DNA of 42,879 nt, taken from assembly GCF_001194135.2 (NCBI RefSeq), contig NC_069000.1, positions 44,295,447 to 44,338,325 of the forward strand, read 5' to 3'. The translations under genes and the position numbers were made by a program. Of the stretch, positions 37,270 through 42,879 are shown one piece after another. The first letter of the stretch is position 1. Each line of letters begins with the position of its first letter. The notes beneath the pieces were generated by a model, which ran no database searches, was not told the DNA's origin, and worked only from the letters and a program-made list of their open reading frames with translations. Source of the stretch: Octopus bimaculoides (lineage: Eukaryota).

Positions 37270-37400
37270 AAGGTGCTCCAGCATGGCCACGGTCAAATGA
37301 CTGAAACAAGTAAAGGAAGAAAAGAATAAAAAGAACCAATTTTATCAACTGAAACCTTTAAGGTGGTGCCCCAGCATGGCCATAGACCAATTACTTTAAA
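37270..37400 (+). mobile_element. Two short SINE family A 3' tails
   Basis: aaggtgctccagcatggccacggtcaaatgactgaaacaagt and aaggtggtgccccagcatggcc. Confidence 0.65.
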
Positions 37401-38024
37401 CCAGTAAAAAAGTAGAGATAATAGAAGTAACCCTTTCATGACTACATTTTTTTTTTTTTTTGCTTTTTTTTTAACTAATTAACACTGATGATGTGTTTCA
37501 ATTAATTTTGAGAATAATTAAGAATTTAAAGGAATTTAGTCACGTAATTAAGTTTTTTTTATTATATTTTTTTTTGTTTTTTTGTTTAATGGTGTATAAT
37601 TAAGTTGCGATGTTTTGAAAAATGAATTTATCAAAAGGTTCTCCTATAATATTATGGCAGAAGGTTTTTAGATTAAAATATGAACAAGTTAAAAGTAATC
37701 AATTCTGATATGAAAGGCACAGAGTTAATCCCAGGAGGGTTAGAAATGAAAGGGTTAATAAATATATAATGATTGCTAGCATTAAAGACAAATGCACTGA
37801 ATAACAACAACAACAATAATAATGGTAATAATGGTGACAATGATAATAATAAAAATATTCTCAAAACCTTTTGGGGTTTTTATTTTTATTTCAACCCAAA
37901 AGGGCCGAAGCTGTGTTGAACAATGTTATTATTCAACTGTGCCTGCCCTAAGGGATTGGTTGTCACTCGGCAGGTATTTGTTATCTGGTTGATATCAAAG
38001 GGAATAACAACAACAACAACATTA

Positions 38025-38155
38025 ATAATAATAATGGTCCTTTCTATTTAGCCTGAAATTTGGGGGAGGAGGAGAGTCAATTACATCGACCCCCAGTACA
38101 CAACTGGTACTTATTTTATCGACCCTGAAAGGATGAAAGGCAAAGTCGACCTCAA
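38025..38155 (-). mobile_element. SINE family C, 5'-truncated
   Basis: ccccagt..ctggtacttattttatcgaccctgaaaggatgaaaggcaaagtcgacctc is the reverse complement of the family C core. Confidence 0.8.
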
Positions 38156-38227
38156 ATAATAATAATAATGATAATAATAATAATAATAATGATGATGATG
38201 ATGACGATGATAATAATAATAATAATG

Positions 38228-38261
<34 letters not shown>

Positions 38262-38360
38262 CAACAATAACAATAATAATAATGATGATGATGACGTTGA
38301 TGACGATGATGACGATGATGACAATGATGGCGATGATGGCGGTGATGATGATGATGCTGA
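38155..38360. repeat. (AAT)n/(GAT)n compound microsatellite
   Basis: Seen directly, between the two family C copies. Confidence 0.95.
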
Positions 38361-38364
38361 TGGT

Positions 38365-38490
38365 GGCTTCAAATTTTGCTACAAGGGCAGCCATTTTGGG
38401 GGAGGGGATTAATTGATTACATTGACCCCAGTGTTTCACTGGTACTTAATTTATCGACCCCCGAGAGGATGAAAAGTAAAATCGACCTCA
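38365..38490 (-). mobile_element. SINE family C, 5'-truncated second copy
   Basis: Same core as 38025-38155, ending at the same position (tcgacctc). Confidence 0.8.
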
Positions 38491-38501
38491 AATAATAATA
38501 A

Positions 38502-38850
38502 TAACAAGAGCACTCAGAGAGTGCAAACCTCCACCAAGGCAACACCAGCACCTTCTCAATGATTAGCCAGAGATGATTTTTAAAATGAGAATATCTGAAA
38601 TAAACTCGACTGCTCTCACAAACGAAAATACTAAAAATGAACCCGACCGCTCTCAAAAATTAAGTAAAATAACAGAAAAATAATCCAGAATTCTTGTTCC
38701 GTACCAGATCGATCCCAAAATGTAATCAGTTCGTGCCAGTCACATGGCCAAATATCCTTGAAAGTTTCATATGAATCCATCCTGCGGTTCTTGAGATATC
38801 TTGTCCACAGACAAACAAACAAACATGACTGGAAACAATACCTCCGCCTT
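38502..38850. mobile_element. Helentron-associated (HINE/DINE-1-like) non-autonomous element
   Basis: Starts acaagagcactcagagagtgcaaacctccaccaaggc, has internal gaaagtttcatatgaatcc..ttgagatatcttg, a (CAAA)n tract near the end and terminal acctccgcc. This architecture resembles HINE-type elements as I recall them; not database-confirmed. Confidence 0.5.
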
Positions 38851-39102
38851 CACTATATGCATATATATACATATATATATATATATANNNNNNNNNNNNN
38901 NNNNNNNNNNNNNNNNNNNGCCATTTAAAATAACACACAAAGCGACGAAAATATTTTGACAAATTAAATTTAAATGTTGAAGTGAATCTAACGGATTTTG
39001 TGTGTTATTTTAAATGGCTTATAAACACCTTCCACGCTGCAATTGTTTTCGTTCCAGCACACGATCTCAGATCAGGTCACTTGCTATGCAAGTGCATCTC
39101 CG

Positions 39103-39133
<31 letters not shown>

Positions 39134-39461
39134 TTAACGAGCAAACTAGCTAGTCAAGAAAATCTCTACAGATATGAAAACTGTATACATCTTGACAAGT
39201 AGTGTTTAATGCCACCCAGGGACCAATAATATTGCAATTTTCTGTATATTGCAAGCTGCTATGTCTAGCAGACAAGTATCCACCACCAAGGATGACAATA
39301 AGAAGGTCAAAACCATACAGTCTGATGGTGTCAGGCCCAAATAAGTAAGGAGTTCTCTCCCCACTAAATAACCAACTGGAGGAAGTGTCCTCCTGGGACT
39401 AAAAATAGCAGTATCATTGGTTCCTAGTTAACAGCTGTGTTTAGGTGGCATGAAACACTAC

Positions 39462-39505
<44 letters not shown>

Positions 39506-39631
39506 ATATATACATTATATATATATGTTTATCTTTTATATACATATATATATGCATTTATATACATACATCTTAGATTTATATATGTATATATATATAT
39601 ATATTATATTATATAAATATGTATATATATA

Positions 39632-39704
<73 letters not shown>

Positions 39705-40316
39705 ATATATGTGTGTATATATATATAGTAACAACCAAAATATTATACTATTATTATAACAAACAATCAACAACATATACACACATATAATCATACAATC
39801 ACACAGAAACAGTCCAGAATTGAGCTATAATAATCAGTGTCATTCCAAACAACAACACCAAGAACAGCACCAACAACAACAACAACAATAAACAATATAG
39901 CAGATTATGGTATTACAGTAGATTGAAGCATTTATCAATAGTGTAGCAACTTAATAAACATGGTAAATATTGAATCACAAATGGTAGATTTCTGTGTCAG
40001 CAACCTTTATTGAAAAGAGCAGATTAATCGCCTCCTACTCTTACTACCATAATCAACTCCTCCTCTTCCTTCTGTTGCCATAATTAACTCCTCCTCCTCT
40101 TCCTCTCGCTATTATTATAATTGTCCTTCATTTAGAGAAATACCAATTTGTATGTACAATGGTAGTAATCACTAAGAAGATAACAAAGCAACAAATAAAA
40201 TGGGACAAAAGATTATGTATATGCATGTATGTATGTATTTATATATATGTGTATATGTATATTATGTATATGTATGTATATATGTATGTATATATATATG
40301 TGTGTGTATGTATGTG

Positions 40317-40352
<36 letters not shown>

Positions 40353-40494
40353 ATATGTGTATATATANNNNNNNNNNNNNNNNNNNNNNNNNNNNNNNNN
40401 NNNNNNNNNNNNNNNNNNNNNNNNNNNNNNNNNNNNNNNNNNNNNNNNNNNNNNNNNNNNNNNNNNNNNNNNNNNNNNNNNNNNNNNNNNNNNN

Positions 40495-40538
<44 letters not shown>

Positions 40539-40559
40539 TACATAGAGCGAGAGAGTGAG

Positions 40560-40640
40560 AGAGTCAGAGATTCCCTTAGCCACAGAAAGCACATGTTCTA
40601 TACAGCATGTGCTTTCTGTGGCTAAGCTGTTTTTGACTCT
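40560..40640 (+). ncRNA. Candidate intronic pri-miRNA-like hairpin (unverified)
   Basis: Perfect 21-bp inverted repeat at 40575-40595/40606-40626 with a 10-nt spacer, plus a 12-bp lower stem at 40560-40571/40629-40640. Structure only; no expression evidence. Confidence 0.3.
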
Positions 40641-40974
40641 TATTTCTAACAATGCCGGTGCTCCCTACTGCCTCAGTCACTTTTTAGTGATGTTGAATTA
40701 TTTCCTATATATATACATGCATACATACATACATACGTGTGTGTGTATGTGTGTGTGCATGCATGTATGTATGGCATACATACATGTGTAAGTGCTTCTT
40801 TAGTATGTCTCTTCTATTTTTCATTTATTATAAATCTTCCACTGAGGAGGGAGCTGGTTTCCAACAAAGATACAAGGCTCCATCTTTGGGATGTAGTTAA
40901 CAGAGATGGTGTATGTATGTATGTATGTATGTATGTATGTCCTTGACAAGTGCTATAATTCTGGGTCAGAGTAG

Positions 40975-42160
40975 ATCCTTAAAACCCTAGAACTCCCAAA
41001 CCAAGGCCCCACAACAGGATGCTGTTTAAAGTCAAAACCAGATCTTTGATTATAAAATAAATCTGAAAAAATCCAAAGTGATATTCACATGTGCACCAGG
41101 TAAAGTAATTGTCGAACCAGATATCATAGTATATGATACAAAATTGGATGTAGTTGACTCTTTTGTTTATCAGGGCAGCATGTTGTTGAGAGATGGTTCC
41201 ATTAATGCAGAAATACATGTACACATTCAGAAAGCATCTGTAGCATTTGAGAAGTTTGTAAAGAATTTAGGCAAATCGCAGCCTCACCAACAAGACCAAG
41301 CTAAGCATTGGCTTGTGTACCAATAGCTCCGCTGTACTCTTCTGAAACATAGACAGTGCATTGCAGGTATCTCAAACTGCTTAAATGCTTTTATTAAAGA
41401 TGTTTGAGACATATATACTTAACATGAAGTGGCCAATTAGAACACCTGGCAAATTAGAAGTCCTTGTAAAGGTAAGATGCACCAAAATCCACTCGCTCAT
41501 CATACCTGCAGAGATATATTGAGCAGGCCATGTTGTGTGTATGGGAGATGATAAGATGGCAAAGCAGCTGTTCTATAGGGAGCTGTGCATTAGAAGGTGT
41601 CCTTAGCACAAACCATGAAAAGGTACAAAGACTGCATAAAAGGTAACCCAAAGGAACTGCAAATCTATGTAAAGAACTGGAAAAACACTAACTTTAGAAA
41701 GAGCTGAGTGGAGGAAGAATATGAATGGAGGTGGTTTCCTTGAGCTCAAAAGCCCAAAGGGCTGGTTTCAGAGGGATTGTCATCAGAACTTCAATGTGAA
41801 CATAAATTGCTAGAGATGTGAAATATGTAGCCATGTAATTCTTTCTAAGGTTGGGTGTGTCAACCATCTGAAGTTCCATGAAAGATCAGCTGTATGCAGT
41901 GCTTTTCCTCCTAGACTGGGTAGAGTGGGAAAGGGCTTAAAAATCGATTTCGGGTCTGGAGAAAGCCATGGTAGCTCAGAGGGATCCAATCAATCCAGTG
42001 GAAGTTACAACTTTCGTCTGTCACCTATGCTTCAAACCATGCAGATCCGCAGCGGAACTGAATAGTCATCTGAAAGGTCGTAAATGGAATGTCAGAAATA
42101 TCATTGACAACAAGGGAAGCTCAGAGAGACAGCGATCATCTGTGAAGATGGAGCAATCAC
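40975..42160 (+). mobile_element. Decayed RTE (BovB-like) LINE, 3' part of the ORF
   Basis: Frames give LDVVDSFVYQGSMLLRDGSINAEIHVHIQKASVAFEK, LYSSET*TVH, RCLRHI, AGHVVCMGDDKMAKQLFYREL and the terminal zinc-finger-like CHLCFKPCRSAAELNSH, with multiple stops and frameshifts. Confidence 0.88.
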
Positions 42161-42305
42161 CATGTATGTATGTGCAATGTAGCAGATAGATACATCGAAA
42201 GTTCAAAGTCAAAATTTAACATCAAAGCTAAGATTGAATGGTGGAATGGATTGTGAAATTTCAAAATATGATTTCAATTCTTTTTTTCTTTGAATTAAAT
42301 TTCAG

Positions 42306-42396
42306 ATGGATCCTGAATTCCATTATGACAGCGAACTTCAAGGCATGATTCTAAGTTCCTTCTTCTATGGTTATATTGTTACGCAACTGCCTGGAG
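42306..42396 (+). CDS. SLC17A5-like: Next visible coding exon of the same SLC17 transporter (loop 1 to TM2)
   Basis: Acceptor tttcag, donor gtaag at 42397. The 91 nt read [30 protein letters not shown](G), matching sialin [25 protein letters not shown]. The phase-0 start is compatible with direct splicing from 9707. Confidence 0.93.
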
Positions 42397-42567
42397 GTAA
42401 GACAAATTGATACCTGGATTGCGTGCATGTGTGTGTGTGTATGTCTGTGTGTGAGTGTATGTGTACTTGTGTCTGTGTTTCTGCACGTGTGTGAGTGTGT
42501 GTGTTTATGTGTCTGTGTGTTTGTGTACCTGTGCATCTGTGTGTTTGTGTGTCTGTGTGTTTGCATG

Positions 42568-42603
<36 letters not shown>

Positions 42604-42879
42604 AGAATTTCCGTGTGAGAGTGAATATGCATGTTATATTGTTGTATAGACATCTTCCCAGGTATGTATATGTATGTATGATTCTATGACTGTATATCTG
42701 TATGTATGTATGCACATATATATATGTGTGTGTGTGTGTATGTGTGTATGTGCGAATACATAAATATGTATGTATAGCTGAAAGGATGGATATGTGTATG
42801 AATGAACACATGTTCATATGTGTGTGTGTGTGTATGCATGTATGTATGTATTTATGTGTGTATGTACCAGTGTATGTAT

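Larger units (their letters stand above)
9708..42305 (+). other. Inferred phase-0 intron (~32.6 kb including N gaps) of the SLC17 gene
   Basis: GT..AG ends, and the flanking exons join in frame into contiguous SLC17 sequence. An additional exon hidden in a gap cannot be excluded. Confidence 0.75.

Noticed and set aside
475-42817. Most ORFs in the six-frame track, including the longest (e.g. 5793-6962, 26789-27934, 18314-19291)
   Set aside because: They are translations of di- and trinucleotide repeats ([16 protein letters not shown]) or run through N gaps, with no domain signal.

Overview
AT-rich, gapped eukaryotic genomic DNA, inferred to be octopus or another coleoid cephalopod from the very dense (CA)n/(TA)n/(CAT)n/(GATA)n microsatellites and tRNA-derived SINEs. 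The only host coding sequence I can support is two short + strand exons of an SLC17 (sialin/VGLUT-like MFS anion transporter) gene: 9625-9707 (ANIYSLRVILSVAMVAINSNITADNETS) and 42306-42396 ([31 protein letters not shown]). They splice in frame across a ~32.6 kb intron. The rest is intron or flank, filled with decayed RTE-clade LINEs, a Tc1/mariner fragment, three hAT-type MITEs, several SINE or short-repeat families, a Helentron-associated-like element, minisatellites, microsatellites and N gaps. Almost every ORF in the supplied track is a microsatellite or N-run artefact. I did not find a convincing new multi-gene system. The best leads are a sense-strand intronic pri-miRNA-like hairpin (40560-40640), unusual substitutions in conserved SLC17 motifs, a twin-priming-like inverted retroposon (5558-5712), and a CpG-decayed palindrome inside an unclassified two-copy repeat. 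Repeat boundaries were set by eye and are approximate.
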